Positions 47,154-56,771 of a stretch of DNA of 64,000 nt are shown in pieces. How positions within the stretch are numbered: position 1 is the first letter of the stretch; each line of letters opens with the position of its first letter. The DNA comes from Candidatus Eiseniibacteriota bacterium (GTDB lineage: Bacteria > Eisenbacteria > RBG-16-71-46 > JABDJR01): contig CAWANH010000001.1 of assembly GCA_963783375.1 (NCBI GenBank), forward strand, positions 128,001-192,000. Direction: 5' to 3'. Below the pieces are notes generated by a model. It was not told where the DNA came from and made no database searches. It saw only the letters and a program-made list of their open reading frames with translations. Both the position numbers and the translations under genes were made by a program.

Positions 47154-48682
47154 GGCCGCGCCTCCGAGGGCTTCCGTCCCTCGACCGCGGGCGATCCGGC
47201 CGCGGTCAGGCGTTCGGCCAGTTCCCGGGCCTCGCGCACGCAATCGTTCACCCCGATCCCCCGGTAGGCGTTGCCGGCCAGGTGGAGCCCCGGGAGGGCG
47301 GCCAGGTCCTCCCCGATCGCCCGGAGCCGCTCGGGGTGGCCGAGGACGTACTGGGGAATCCCCTTGGCGTGGCGATAGAGACGCACCTCGGCCGGCCGGT
47401 TCTTGATCCCGCCCAGCATCCGGTCTAGCTCCCCGTGAACCAGGTCCACCGTGCGTCCCTCGGAAAGGATGGCGCCTTCGGGGTCGCGCGCGCCCCCCAC
47501 CATGGCCCTCAGGAGAACGTGGTCTCCGTGGACGTGGGGAGGAAAGATGCTGCCGGTCCAGATGCACCCGAGGATTCTCGGCCCCTGTCCCCGCGGGACC
47601 AGGAAGCCGAACCCGTCCAGAGGGTGGGCGACGTGGCTCCGGGGGTAGATGAGGCAGGCGACGGTGATGCCGGCGTAGGGAATCTCGTCCAGCCGCCAGG
47701 CCAGACGGGGAGCAGCGTCCTTGAGGATCGCCGCCGCGACGTGGGACGGCACCGCCATCACCACGTTCCGGGCGGACACGCTCCGCGCTCCGCCCCGGGA
47801 CTCCAGATCCACCCGGTAGCCGTCCGCAATCGGGGTGAGGCCGGTCACCCGGGTCCCGGTGAAGAGCCTCGACCCCAGGATCTCGGCCAGGCGCCGGATC
47901 AGCACCTCCATCCCCTCGTCGAACGAGGTGAGCGCCCCGCCCGGGCCCATGGGTCCGCCCCCCGCCGCCGGGGTCGCCCTCCGCGCCTTCTTCCGCTCCC
48001 GCATGAGGGCGATCATCGCCCGCACCAGGCTTCCGTACCGGGCCTCCATCGCCGCCATCTTGGGGAACGCGGCCTCGAGGCTCAGGTTCTCCGGATCTCC
48101 GGCGTAGATCCCCGAAACCATGGCGTCCACCAGGACGGAGGCCGCCTCGGGGCCGATCCGCCGCGACGCGAAGGAGTACACGCTCTCGTCCCCCGCCGCC
48201 GACCTCTTGGGCATGAACGGCTCGAGCAGCACCCGGAGCCGGCCGCGAACGCTCAGAAGATCGCTCCGGAAGAACGCGCCCGGCTTCATGGGGAGGGGCT
48301 TCAGGCCCCCCTTCACCCAGAGCAGGCGCTTCTCGGCGTTGGGGTGGGCGGGAAGGAGACGCTCGGCCAGACCGAGATCCACCGCCAGGTCCCAGGTGTC
48401 GGGGACGTTGGTGAGGAAACCGTTGGGTCCCCACTCGCAGAGACAACCCGCGGCGCGGTCGGAGCGCATGGTCCCGCCGGCGCGGTCCTCGGCCTCGATC
48501 ACCGCCACCGACCACTCGGGACGGCGGAGCAGGGCCTCGCGGGCGGCGGCCAGGCCCGACACGCCTCCCCCCACCACCAGCAGGTCCAGGTCGGGACGAG
48601 GGGTCACCCCCCCCCGGGGGGCGGCGGTAGCCGCTCCGGGACGCCGTCCGCCGTTGCCGTTTCCCAGCACGTGGTCGGTCAC
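47150..48682 (-). CDS. hemG: Protoporphyrinogen oxidase (HemY/HemG, FAD-dependent)
   Basis: VVGGGVSGLAAA, EWGPNGF, SGIYAGDP, GFGFLVP, IPQY..GH, AGNAYRGIGVNDCV. Confidence 0.93.
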   Translation of the reverse strand: MTDHVLGNGNGGRRPGAATAAPRGGVTPRPDLDLLVVGGGVSGLAAAREALLRRPEWSVAVIEAEDRAGGTMRSDRAAGCLCEWGPNGFLTNVPDTWDLAVDLGLAERLLPAHPNAEKRLLWVKGGLKPLPMKPGAFFRSDLLSVRGRLRVLLEPFMPKRSAAGDESVYSFASRRIGPEAASVLVDAMVSGIYAGDPENLSLEAAFPKMAAMEARYGSLVRAMIALMRERKKARRATPAAGGGPMGPGGALTSFDEGMEVLIRRLAEILGSRLFTGTRVTGLTPIADGYRVDLESRGGARSVSARNVVMAVPSHVAAAILKDAAPRLAWRLDEIPYAGITVACLIYPRSHVAHPLDGFGFLVPRGQGPRILGCIWTGSIFPPHVHGDHVLLRAMVGGARDPEGAILSEGRTVDLVHGELDRMLGGIKNRPAEVRLYRHAKGIPQYVLGHPERLRAIGEDLAALPGLHLAGNAYRGIGVNDCVREARELAERLTAAGSPAVEGRKPSEARP

Positions 48683-48691
48683 GGGGCCTCG

Positions 48692-50086
48692 CTATACCGT
48701 CCTCGAGAAGATCGGCTTCTTCCCGGACGCCTGCTTCAGGTATCGGTCATAGACCATGACGATGTTGCGGATGAACAGCTGACCCTTGGGAAGGATCCGC
48801 ATCTTCCGCCCGTCGCGCTCGTAGAAATCCGCGTCCACCGTCTCGGCCAGCTCGCGGTTCTCGGCCGCGAAATAGGTATCGAAGTCCACCCCGAACCGCT
48901 CCTTCACCATGTCGAGGTCGAGCTCGAAGTTGCACATCAGGGAATGGATGACGGTGCGGCGCAGACGGTCGTCGTCGTCGAGAACGAACCCCTTCTCCAC
49001 CGGATACTCGTCCGCATCGAGCGCGCGGTAGTAGTCGGAGAGCTTCTTCACGTTTTGCACGTACGCCCCGTCCACCTCGCCGATGGCCGAGATCCCGAAG
49101 GCGACCAGATCGGGGGCCGCCTTCACCGTGTAGCCCATGAAGTTCCGGGTCAGGTCCCCGGTGAGACGGGCGCGGGCCAGCTCGTCGTCGGGGCGGGCGA
49201 AGTGGTCCATCCCGATCTGCAGGTAGCCGGCGGCGGTGAACGCATCGATGGCGGAGGCGAAGAGCGCGAACTTGGTCTCCCGGTCCGGGAGCTCCCCCTC
49301 GTCGATCCGGCGCTGGTTGGGCCGGATCCACGGCACGTGGGCGTAGGAGTAGACCGCGGCCCGTCCCGGCCGGAGAGCCAGGACCTCGTCCAGGTTCTTC
49401 CGGAACCCCTCCACCGTCTGCCGGGGCAGTCCGTAGACCAAGTCCACGTTCACGTCCTCGATCCCCACCGCCCTGGCGTGCCGGTGCAGGGCCAGGGTCT
49501 GCTCCCGGGTCTGCTCCCGGCCGATGGCCGTCTGCACTTCGGGGGTGAAATCCTGGACCCCCATGCTCAAGCGGTTGAACCCCAGCGCGGCCAGGGTGTC
49601 CACGTGTTCGGCGGTGGTCACCCGGGGATCGACCTCGATGGCCACCTCGGCCTCGGGAAGGAGGTGGAAGTGGGTGGTGAGGGTCCCCATGAGCTCGCGC
49701 ATCTGGTCCGGGGTCAGGTGCGTCGGGGTGCCCCCGCCCCAGTGGAGCTGGAGCACGCTGTTCCGCTTTCCCAGGGCGCCGGCCACCTTGACGATCTCGC
49801 GGTTCAGCCGGTCCAGGTAGCCTCGTACCACGTCCTCACGCCGGGTGATCACCACGTGACAGCCGCAGAAGTGGCAGCGATGTTCACAGAAGGGGACGTG
49901 GACGTAGAGGGAGAGCGGATCTTCGGGGCGGGCGGCGGCCCGGGCCAGCCGCTCCGCGTAGTCCGAGGCCCCGAAGGCCCCGGAGAATTCCGGAGCGGTG
50001 GGGTAGCTGGTGTAGCGGGGACCGGGCCGATCGTAGCGGGCCAGGAGCTCGCCGGTGGCCTGGAATGCGTGGCTGTCTTCGCTCAT
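48692..50086 (-). CDS. hemN: Oxygen-independent coproporphyrinogen III oxidase
   Basis: GPRYTSYPTA, CEHRCHFCGC radical SAM motif, HWGGGTPT, IGMDHFA, RNFMGY, FSRTV. Confidence 0.97.
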   Translation of the reverse strand: MSEDSHAFQATGELLARYDRPGPRYTSYPTAPEFSGAFGASDYAERLARAAARPEDPLSLYVHVPFCEHRCHFCGCHVVITRREDVVRGYLDRLNREIVKVAGALGKRNSVLQLHWGGGTPTHLTPDQMRELMGTLTTHFHLLPEAEVAIEVDPRVTTAEHVDTLAALGFNRLSMGVQDFTPEVQTAIGREQTREQTLALHRHARAVGIEDVNVDLVYGLPRQTVEGFRKNLDEVLALRPGRAAVYSYAHVPWIRPNQRRIDEGELPDRETKFALFASAIDAFTAAGYLQIGMDHFARPDDELARARLTGDLTRNFMGYTVKAAPDLVAFGISAIGEVDGAYVQNVKKLSDYYRALDADEYPVEKGFVLDDDDRLRRTVIHSLMCNFELDLDMVKERFGVDFDTYFAAENRELAETVDADFYERDGRKMRILPKGQLFIRNIVMVYDRYLKQASGKKPIFSRTV

Positions 50087-51210
50087 TGGGTTTCCCCCGT
50101 GGTGGCGTGGTTGGCCTCGGTCTCCCGGCCGACCCTGAGGCGTCGGCCCTCCTCGTGGACGAAGCGAACCAGCTCGGCCACCGCTTCCACGGGAACGTCG
50201 GGGGTGATGCCGTGGCCGAGGTTGAAGACGTGGGGGGTCTCGGGTCCCGCCTCCTCGAGAATCTCCCCGGCCCGGGCCTGGATGATCGGGACGGGGGCGA
50301 GAAGGAGCGCGGGATCGAGGTTCCCCTGGAGCGGACGGTGCCGTCCGAGCCGGCGCCTCGCGTCGCCCAGGGTGACCCGCCAGTCGATGCCCAGGACGTC
50401 GGCCCCGGTCTCGTCCATGAGCTCGAGAATCCCCCCGGTGCCGTTGCCGTAGAGAATCACCGGCACCCCGTCGGTGCTCACGCTCTCCACCACCCGGCGG
50501 ACGTGGGGAAGGACGTTCTCCGCGTAGTCCCTGGGGGAGAGGAGGCCGGCCCAGGTGTCGAAGAGCTGGACCGCCTGGGCCCCCGCCTCGATCTGGGCCT
50601 TGAGGTAATCGGAAACGACCAGGGTCAGCTTCTCCATGAGGGAGTGGAAGAGAACCGGCTCCTGGTACATGAGGGTCTTCAGCCGTGAGAAATTCTTGGA
50701 CCCCTGCCCTTCCACCATGTAAGCGGCCATGGTAAACGGCGCGCCGGCGAAGCCGATGAGCGCCACGGTGGGAGGAAGCTCCCGGCGCACGCGCCGGATG
50801 GTGTCCAGCACGAAGTCCAGGTCGCGGGTGGGGTCGATGCGTTTCAGCGCCCGGATGTCCTCGGCCGAGCCGACGGGCCGGGCGATGACCGGGCCGGGGC
50901 TGAACGCGACCTCCAACCCCATCGGCTCCAACGGGGTCAGGATGTCGGAAAAGAGGATGGCCGCATCGAGCCCGAATCGCCGGATGGGTTGCAGGGTCAC
51001 CTCGGTGGCCAGCTCGGGGGTGCGACAGAGGGTGAGGAAATCCACCTTCTCCCGAACCCGCCGGTATTCCGGGAGATAGCGCCCGGCCTGGCGCATGATC
51101 CAGATGGGAGTGGTCTCCACCTGGTCCCCGCGAATGGCGCGCAGGAAGAGCGGGTCGAGATCCTCGGGGGCGCGGGTGATGCCGGGGCTGCCGGAATGTT
51201 CGCTGGTCAT
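50083..51210 (-). CDS. hemE: Uroporphyrinogen decarboxylase
   Basis: PIWIMRQAGRYLPEY, DAAILFSDIL, GFAGAPFT, QGNLDP, FNLGHGI; GAAGGA RBS before ATG 51210; TAGAAT -10 at ~51246-51251. Confidence 0.97.
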   Translation of the reverse strand: MTSEHSGSPGITRAPEDLDPLFLRAIRGDQVETTPIWIMRQAGRYLPEYRRVREKVDFLTLCRTPELATEVTLQPIRRFGLDAAILFSDILTPLEPMGLEVAFSPGPVIARPVGSAEDIRALKRIDPTRDLDFVLDTIRRVRRELPPTVALIGFAGAPFTMAAYMVEGQGSKNFSRLKTLMYQEPVLFHSLMEKLTLVVSDYLKAQIEAGAQAVQLFDTWAGLLSPRDYAENVLPHVRRVVESVSTDGVPVILYGNGTGGILELMDETGADVLGIDWRVTLGDARRRLGRHRPLQGNLDPALLLAPVPIIQARAGEILEEAGPETPHVFNLGHGITPDVPVEAVAELVRFVHEEGRRLRVGRETEANHATTGETQ

Positions 51211-51367
51211 GGTTCCTTCACGAGAGATGGTGATTCCAGCCACCTATTCTAGCCGGGGGCGGACAACCTGTGCCATTCATAGTCCAGATGAGACATATCG
51301 TTTCACCGTCGGGAACCGCATCCGCGGCAAGGGGTTGGGCGGCCGGAGGGCGGGAGTCGGCGACCCC

Positions 51368-51781
51368 TCAGGACCTCCAATCCCCCTCGAAGGCGTCGGG
51401 AAGGAGATCGTGGGGGGAGGCCCAGGTCTGCTTCACCCCGTCCTGGTCCCCGAACACCACCCGCGCGCGGGGGGCCAGCTCGAGGATCACCTGCCGGCAG
51501 GCCCCGCAGGGCGTGGTCACCTTGGGGTGGTTGGAGGTGAGGACCAGGGTTTCGATCTCCCCGCTTCCGTGGGCCACGGCGTTGAACAGGGCCACCCGCT
51601 CCGCGCAGATCGTGAGCCCCAGGCTCGCGTTCTCCACGTTGCACCCCGGGTAGATCTGGCCGTCCCCGGCGACCGCCACCGCTCCCACCTTCACCTCCGA
51701 GTAGGGGCTCCGGGCCTGATCCATGGCCAGACGGGCCATCCGCAACAACTCATCGTCTCGTTTCTTCTCGCTCACGGGCAC
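51368..51781 (-). CDS. cdd: Cytidine deaminase
   Basis: SPYS..KVGA, GCNVENAS, ICAER, PCGACRQ, LLPDAF. Confidence 0.95.
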   Translation of the reverse strand: MPVSEKKRDDELLRMARLAMDQARSPYSEVKVGAVAVAGDGQIYPGCNVENASLGLTICAERVALFNAVAHGSGEIETLVLTSNHPKVTTPCGACRQVILELAPRARVVFGDQDGVKQTWASPHDLLPDAFEGDWRS

Positions 51782-51899
51782 CTCGCTGGTTGAGCACGCG
51801 CCGCCGCACCGGCCTCCGGCCGAGCCGGGCCCCTGACTCTAGCACGGGTTCTCCCTGCGGCCCGGATCGTGGCCGCCGGCTGTGCTATCGTCGGGCCCC

Positions 51900-52742
51900 A
51901 TGTTCGAATCCCCGACCAACTCCGACAAGGAAGCGCGGGTCCGCGCTCCCGATTCCCCCCTCGAACGGGTCCTGGCCATGGCCCGGCTCCTGCGCGAACC
52001 CGGCGGATGTCCCTGGGATCGCGAGCAGACCGTGGAGTCCATGACCCCCTATCTCCAGGAGGAGACCTTCGAGGTGGTGGAGGCGATCTCCGCCCGCGAC
52101 CGGGACGGCTTCAACGAGGAGCTGGGGGACCTCCTGTTCCTCGTCCTCTTCCTGGCCTCGGTGGCCGAGGAGACCGGATGGGGCACCCTCGACCGCATCG
52201 CGGACGGGGTGGTGGACAAGCTGGTCCGGCGTCATCCCCACGTGTTCGGGGAGAGCGGCGGGATCGAGACCACCGGGGCGGTCCGCCAGTGGGAAGAGAT
52301 CAAGCGCGCCGAGCACGAAGCCAAGTCGGGGACCGAGGTCCCGTCGACCCTGGGGCGCCGCCCCGCCGGCCTTCCCGCCCTGACCACCGCGTTCCGGATC
52401 TCGGAAAAGGCCGGGGCGGTGGGGTTCCAGTGGCCGGGCGTGGCCGAGGCGATGGCCAAGCTCACCGAGGAGCTGGGGGAGCTCCAGGCCGAGGTGGCCG
52501 CGGACGCCCCCAGCGAGCGATTGGAGGACGAGATCGGCGACCTCCTCTACGCCACGGCCAACCTGGCCCGCTACCTCCGGATCGATCCCGAGCGCGCGCT
52601 CCGGGGAACGGTGGCGAAGTTCCTCCGGCGCTTCCGCTACGTGGAGGAGAAGCTGGCCGAGCGGGGCAGGAGTCCGGCCGGATCGGATCTCGAGGAAATG
52701 GACCGGCTCTGGAACGAGGCCAAGCGCGCCGGGGGCTCCTGA
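51900..52742 (+). CDS. mazG: Nucleoside triphosphate pyrophosphohydrolase MazG
   Basis: GCPWDREQT, EETFE, EELGDLL, KLVRRHPHVFG, EDEIGDLL, EMDRLWNEAK. Confidence 0.96.
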   Translation: MFESPTNSDKEARVRAPDSPLERVLAMARLLREPGGCPWDREQTVESMTPYLQEETFEVVEAISARDRDGFNEELGDLLFLVLFLASVAEETGWGTLDRIADGVVDKLVRRHPHVFGESGGIETTGAVRQWEEIKRAEHEAKSGTEVPSTLGRRPAGLPALTTAFRISEKAGAVGFQWPGVAEAMAKLTEELGELQAEVAADAPSERLEDEIGDLLYATANLARYLRIDPERALRGTVAKFLRRFRYVEEKLAERGRSPAGSDLEEMDRLWNEAKRAGGS

Positions 52743-52831
52743 GCCGTCGGGACGGCGCGCTTCCCGCGACGAGGACGGCCGAGCGGGCGGTCGGATGCCC
52801 GCCGCAGCGGCGGGTCCGTGAATGGGTCGGG

Positions 52832-53428
52832 CTACGAGACGCGGCCGGTGGCTCCGTTGGACGAACGGTCCCGGCGCACCCGTTTCGTGGAGACCATGAG
52901 GAGCTTCGCCGGCCCCTCCCCCAGGTTCTGCATCCCGTGGGGACGGTCCGCCGGATAGTGGAGCGCATCCCCGGCCGACATCATGAATTCCTGATTCCCG
53001 ACCCGATAGCGTACGCGCCCCGAGAGCAGGTACACCCCTTCCTCCCCCCCGTGGGCATCGTACTCGATTTCGCGCGAGTCGCCGGGATCCAGCTCCAGCA
53101 TGTAGGCGTTCAGCCGGCCGCCGGTGATGCCGGGAGTCAGGTACTCTCCCTTCACCAGCGCCACGTCCTCGGGCAGCGGTTGGCGTTCGCCGGCCCGGGT
53201 GATCGCCACCTCACTCAGGTGCTCCTCCTCGAGGAAGTACGAGGTCTCCTTGCCGAGGGCCGTGGCGATGCGCATGAGCGCCCCGATGGTGGGTGAGGTC
53301 TTCCCCCGCTCGATCTCGGAAATGTGGGTGGCGGAGAAGCCGGAGTTTCGCTCGAGCTCTTTCAGGGTGAGGCGGCGTCCCTTGCGGACTTCGCGAATAC
53401 GCGAGCCCAGGTTCTGCTTCGATATCAT
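52832..53428 (-). CDS. XRE-family HTH regulator with cupin sensor domain
   Basis: LGSRIREVRKGRRLTLKEL...SATHISEIERGKTSPT; cupin HGGEEGVYLLSG...GDALHYPADRPH. Confidence 0.9.
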   Translation of the reverse strand: MISKQNLGSRIREVRKGRRLTLKELERNSGFSATHISEIERGKTSPTIGALMRIATALGKETSYFLEEEHLSEVAITRAGERQPLPEDVALVKGEYLTPGITGGRLNAYMLELDPGDSREIEYDAHGGEEGVYLLSGRVRYRVGNQEFMMSAGDALHYPADRPHGMQNLGEGPAKLLMVSTKRVRRDRSSNGATGRVS

Positions 53429-53448
53429 CTGCGGGATTCCCCTTGCCC

Positions 53449-54006
53449 TTAAATCGTGTAGCGAGGCCAGTCCACCCAGAACACCCGGCACTCCGATGCG
53501 CCGAGGCTCATGAGCTTGACCGGGATGGACGCTTTGAAGTGGATGCTGTCGCCCTCGTTGAGCACGTGCGTTTGCTCCTGAAGCTCGATCTGCAACGTTC
53601 CCTGGATCACGTGGAGAAATTTGTCCCCGGGACGGGCCGGACGGATCAGCGGCTCACCCATGTCCGGTCTCAGATCGAGCACGAAGAGCGACAGCTCCGC
53701 GTAGGGCTTTTCCGTCGTGAGGAGTTCCCAGGACGCGCCGTTTCGGGGGCCGACAACCTTTTCCCGATCGCCCTGGCGGGTGTGGGAAATCTCTTCCCCC
53801 ACGGGGATGTCCACCAGGAACGAGGGATTCACCTGGAGGGCATCGGCTATCTTCCCCAGCGCCCCCACCGTGGGGGACGTCTTTCCCCGTTCGATCTCCG
53901 ACACGTGGGTGGCCGAAACCCCCACCCGGGATTCGATATCCTTGAGGGTGAACCCCTGGGAAAGCCTGAGTTGCTTGATGCGGCGGCCTAACTCGAGGTT
54001 GTTCAT
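53449..54006 (-). CDS. XRE-family HTH regulator with cupin sensor domain
   Basis: LGRRIKQLRLSQGFTLKDI...SATHVSEIERGKTSPT; cupin ...LNEGDSIHF. Confidence 0.9.
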   Translation of the reverse strand: MNNLELGRRIKQLRLSQGFTLKDIESRVGVSATHVSEIERGKTSPTVGALGKIADALQVNPSFLVDIPVGEEISHTRQGDREKVVGPRNGASWELLTTEKPYAELSLFVLDLRPDMGEPLIRPARPGDKFLHVIQGTLQIELQEQTHVLNEGDSIHFKASIPVKLMSLGASECRVFWVDWPRYTI

Positions 54007-54078
54007 CGCCCCATTTCCTGTCGGGTGTCTCTGTCCGCACCCACCCCGCTATAGTCATGCAAATACAAGAGCCCAATA

Positions 54079-54107
54079 AGCTTACACAACCCCTGAGACC
54101 AAGTCAA
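54079..54107 (-). promoter_or_regulatory. Sigma70 promoter for the XRE pair
   Basis: TTGACT-17nt-TAAGCT. Confidence 0.6.
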
Positions 54108-54187
54108 CGGACAATGGGGGGCGGGATGTGGAAATGGCGGTTGACGGTCGGGAGGGGCGGAATGGCCGCCCCGGCGTCCGGGTACGA

Positions 54188-54217
54188 TTGACGGACTGGG
54201 GCTCGGGGGGGTATACT
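54188..54217 (+). promoter_or_regulatory. Sigma70 promoter upstream of the 3D-domain gene
   Basis: TTGACG-18nt (G homopolymer)-TATACT. Confidence 0.6.
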
Positions 54218-54289
54218 AGACAGCTTGAATAGGTTCTATCAGACCATTGCTCGTCATCGTTCCTCCCCGTGACCCGCCTTCGACCCTGA

Positions 54290-54305
54290 TCGGCACACGT
54301 CTTGC
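54290..54305 (+). promoter_or_regulatory. Candidate sigma54 (-24/-12) promoter
   Basis: TCGGCACACGTCTTGC: GG-N10-GC with CAC and TTGC consensus positions. Confidence 0.55.
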
Positions 54306-54323
54306 TTTGAAGTAGGCCGAGGT

Positions 54324-54929
54324 ATGAATATGAATGAAGACCAAAAACAGAGTCCGCAAGGGATCAGGGCGCGGCGCGCCCTTGGCGCCGTCCTCCTGGG
54401 AACCGGCCTTCTGGTGCTCGGGTTCCGAGGGGCTCCCCGCACGTCGGCCTCCGCCTCGTCCGTCACCGCCCCCGATGGGATCCCCACCTGGAGCTTGAAC
54501 GTGGCGCCGCCCGCCACACCCTCCCGGATGCCCCGGCACCTGTTCCGGATCCCGGTGACGGTGACCGGCTACAGCAGCACCGCGGACCAGACCGACGACA
54601 CTCCCTTCGTGACCGCGTCCAACACCCGCGTTCGCCGGGGCGTGATCGCCCTCTCCCGCGATCTCCTGCGGGAATTCACTCCCGCCGCCCCCTTCGCCTT
54701 CGGGGATCTCCTGGAGATCGAGGGCGTGGGAACCTTCCGGGTCGAGGACACCATGGCCGAGCGCTACCGCCAGCGGGCGGACATCTGGTTCAGCAGCCGA
54801 TCCGCGGCCCAGCAGTGGGGTCGCCGGCACCAGGTTCTCGCGCGCCTCACCCCCGACGCCCGGGAGGTCGCACGGCGGGCACCGTCCCGTGCCCCGCTCC
54901 CCCTGTTCGAGGCCGCCCTGGCCGACTGA
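54324..54929 (+). CDS. 3D-domain (MltA-like/Sps) cell-wall hydrolase-type protein, membrane anchored
   Basis: TM segment, then VTVTGYSSTADQTDDTPFVTASN, IALSRDL, FGD, VEDTM...RADIW. Confidence 0.85.
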   Translation: MNMNEDQKQSPQGIRARRALGAVLLGTGLLVLGFRGAPRTSASASSVTAPDGIPTWSLNVAPPATPSRMPRHLFRIPVTVTGYSSTADQTDDTPFVTASNTRVRRGVIALSRDLLREFTPAAPFAFGDLLEIEGVGTFRVEDTMAERYRQRADIWFSSRSAAQQWGRRHQVLARLTPDAREVARRAPSRAPLPLFEAALAD

Positions 54930-55004
54930 TCCGGCCGGATTCCCTTCCCTTCGATCGGTTGACGGAGGGGCGAAATGCCCCGAAAGCCGGCGCCGGATCC
55001 CCCA

Positions 55005-55373
55005 TCAAGCCGTCTCCGAGGATCCCGATTTCTTCACGTCGCGGTGGGTGTACTTGAGGACTTCGACCCGTTCGAGGGTGATGAGCCCCTCCTGGATCAT
55101 GGACTCGAGCTCCGGAAGCACCGCGCGGATCCGCTCCTCGGTATCCACGGCTTCGATCACCAGGGGAAGGTCCTGGGAGAGACGAAGGATGCGGGCGGTG
55201 TGGATGCGGCTGTGCGCTCCGAAGCCCTCCACTCCCTTGAGGACGGTGGCCCCGGCCAGCCCCTTCTCCCGCAGAAATCGCACCAGCCCCTCATAGAGAG
55301 GACGGCCCTGGTAGGTATCGTCCTCTCCGATGAAGATGCGGACGAGGAGCCCCTGTCCCGAGAGCGTGGTCAT
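55005..55373 (-). CDS. DUF190 (PII-like) protein
   Basis: LVRIFIGEDD, GLAGATVLKGVEGFG, LSQDLPLVIEAVD; typical crcB neighbour. Confidence 0.92.
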   Translation of the reverse strand: MTTLSGQGLLVRIFIGEDDTYQGRPLYEGLVRFLREKGLAGATVLKGVEGFGAHSRIHTARILRLSQDLPLVIEAVDTEERIRAVLPELESMIQEGLITLERVEVLKYTHRDVKKSGSSETA

Positions 55374-55409
55374 TGTGGTCTCCTCCCTGCGCCCCCCCGG
55401 GCGCCGGGT

Positions 55410-55793
55410 TCAGCTGAGCCGCGCCGCGGCGAGCCCCACGAACACCGCGGCCACCCCAAGTACGAGATGGAGTCCCAGGTAGGCTCCGGCGCCCCCCCAC
55501 CAGCCCTCCCGCAGCAACGAACCGGTCTCGAGGGCGAAGGTGCTGTAGGTGCTGAACGCCCCCATGAACCCTACTCCCCACAAGAGCCGCCAGGTTGCCG
55601 GGGCCGTGGACCGCTCCCACCGGCCCACCAGGAAGCCGAGGGCGAAGCAGGCAATGAGGTTCACCCCCAGGGTTCCCCACGGGAATCGGGCCCCGGCCAG
55701 GCGCTGAATCCATCCCGAAACCGCGTAGCGGGCGAGCGCGCCCAGGGATCCCCCCAGAGCCACCGCCAGCGCGTTCTTGATCCCGGTCATCAT
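55410..55793 (-). CDS. crcB: Fluoride channel Fluc/CrcB
   Basis: GGSLGALARY, FPWGTLGVNL, GFMGAFSTYSTF; ATGA-coupled to rsgA. Confidence 0.93.
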   Translation of the reverse strand: MMTGIKNALAVALGGSLGALARYAVSGWIQRLAGARFPWGTLGVNLIACFALGFLVGRWERSTAPATWRLLWGVGFMGAFSTYSTFALETGSLLREGWWGGAGAYLGLHLVLGVAAVFVGLAAARLS

Positions 55794-56725
55794 CCATCCC
55801 CCGCGATCAGGCTCTGGTGTATGCGTCCGTACGAGAGATACCGGTGTCCGGCCACCCGGCCCGCCTCCACCCCCTCCTTGACCGCGCACCCCGGCTCGGC
55901 CAGGTGCCGGCAGTCCTGGAACCGGCACTCCTCCGCCAGGTCCCCGAACTCGGGAAAATGGCCGGCCAAGTCCTCGGGGGGAAGGCCGGACAGATCGAGA
56001 ACCCGAAGCCCGGGACTGTCCACCAGGCTACCGCCCGAGGGAAGCGGGAGCATCTCCACCCAGGTCGTGGTGTGGCGCCCCTTCTGGGTGCGCTCGCTGA
56101 TCTCGCCCACCCGAAGCGCGGCGTCGGGCACCAGGTGATTGACCAGGCTCGACTTCCCGGCCCCGGAAGGACCGAGAAGGACGGACGTTCCCCGAGCCAG
56201 GCGGTTCCGGAGCTCGTCCATGCCCTCCCCGGTGCGGGCGGAAACGAAGATGACCGGGACCCCGAGCTCGGGATAAACCCGAAGCTCAGGCGCTTCGCGC
56301 ACCGCGGGGTCGAGATCCAACTTGTTGATGCAGACCATGGCCGGGACCCCCCCGAAGGATGCCAGGACCAGGTAACGGTCCACGGTGGACGGCTTCCAGA
56401 CCGGCTCCCGGGCGGACAGCACCACCACCGCCAGGTCGAGGTTCGCGGCCAGGACCTGTCGCTTGCCGCTTCGGCCGGAGGCGGGACGAAAGAGGGAGTT
56501 CTCCCGAGGGAGGACCTCCTCCACCAGGGCTCCCTCGCGCACCGGGGTCCAGAGCACCCGGTCCCCCACCGCCATCGGATCCACGAGGTCGGGGGCGCGG
56601 TAACGGAGCTTCTTGGGAACCACCGCGGAGACCTCCTCCCCGTCGTAGACTCGGAGGGTGAAGGTCCGGCTCCGGGCCCGCACCACCAGGCCTTCGTGGC
56701 TAGTGTCCCGTCTCGGGGATTTCAT
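55790..56725 (-). CDS. rsgA: Ribosome small subunit-dependent GTPase A
   Basis: NKLD, GPSGAGKSSL, GRHTTT, DSPG, CRFQDCRHLAEPGC. Confidence 0.96.
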   Translation of the reverse strand: MKSPRRDTSHEGLVVRARSRTFTLRVYDGEEVSAVVPKKLRYRAPDLVDPMAVGDRVLWTPVREGALVEEVLPRENSLFRPASGRSGKRQVLAANLDLAVVVLSAREPVWKPSTVDRYLVLASFGGVPAMVCINKLDLDPAVREAPELRVYPELGVPVIFVSARTGEGMDELRNRLARGTSVLLGPSGAGKSSLVNHLVPDAALRVGEISERTQKGRHTTTWVEMLPLPSGGSLVDSPGLRVLDLSGLPPEDLAGHFPEFGDLAEECRFQDCRHLAEPGCAVKEGVEAGRVAGHRYLSYGRIHQSLIAGDG

Positions 56726-56771
56726 GACCGGCGATCTTATCCTCCCCGCGCGGGGGTCGGTAGACGGGAAT

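Noticed and set aside
45780-48515. 911 aa ORF as an extended thymidine phosphorylase
   Set aside because: The N-terminal half is an alternative frame of hemG; real homology starts at GTG 47153.
55793-55900. Fluoride riboswitch upstream of crcB
   Set aside because: crcB is translationally coupled to rsgA, leaving no intergenic space, and no motif was recognised.
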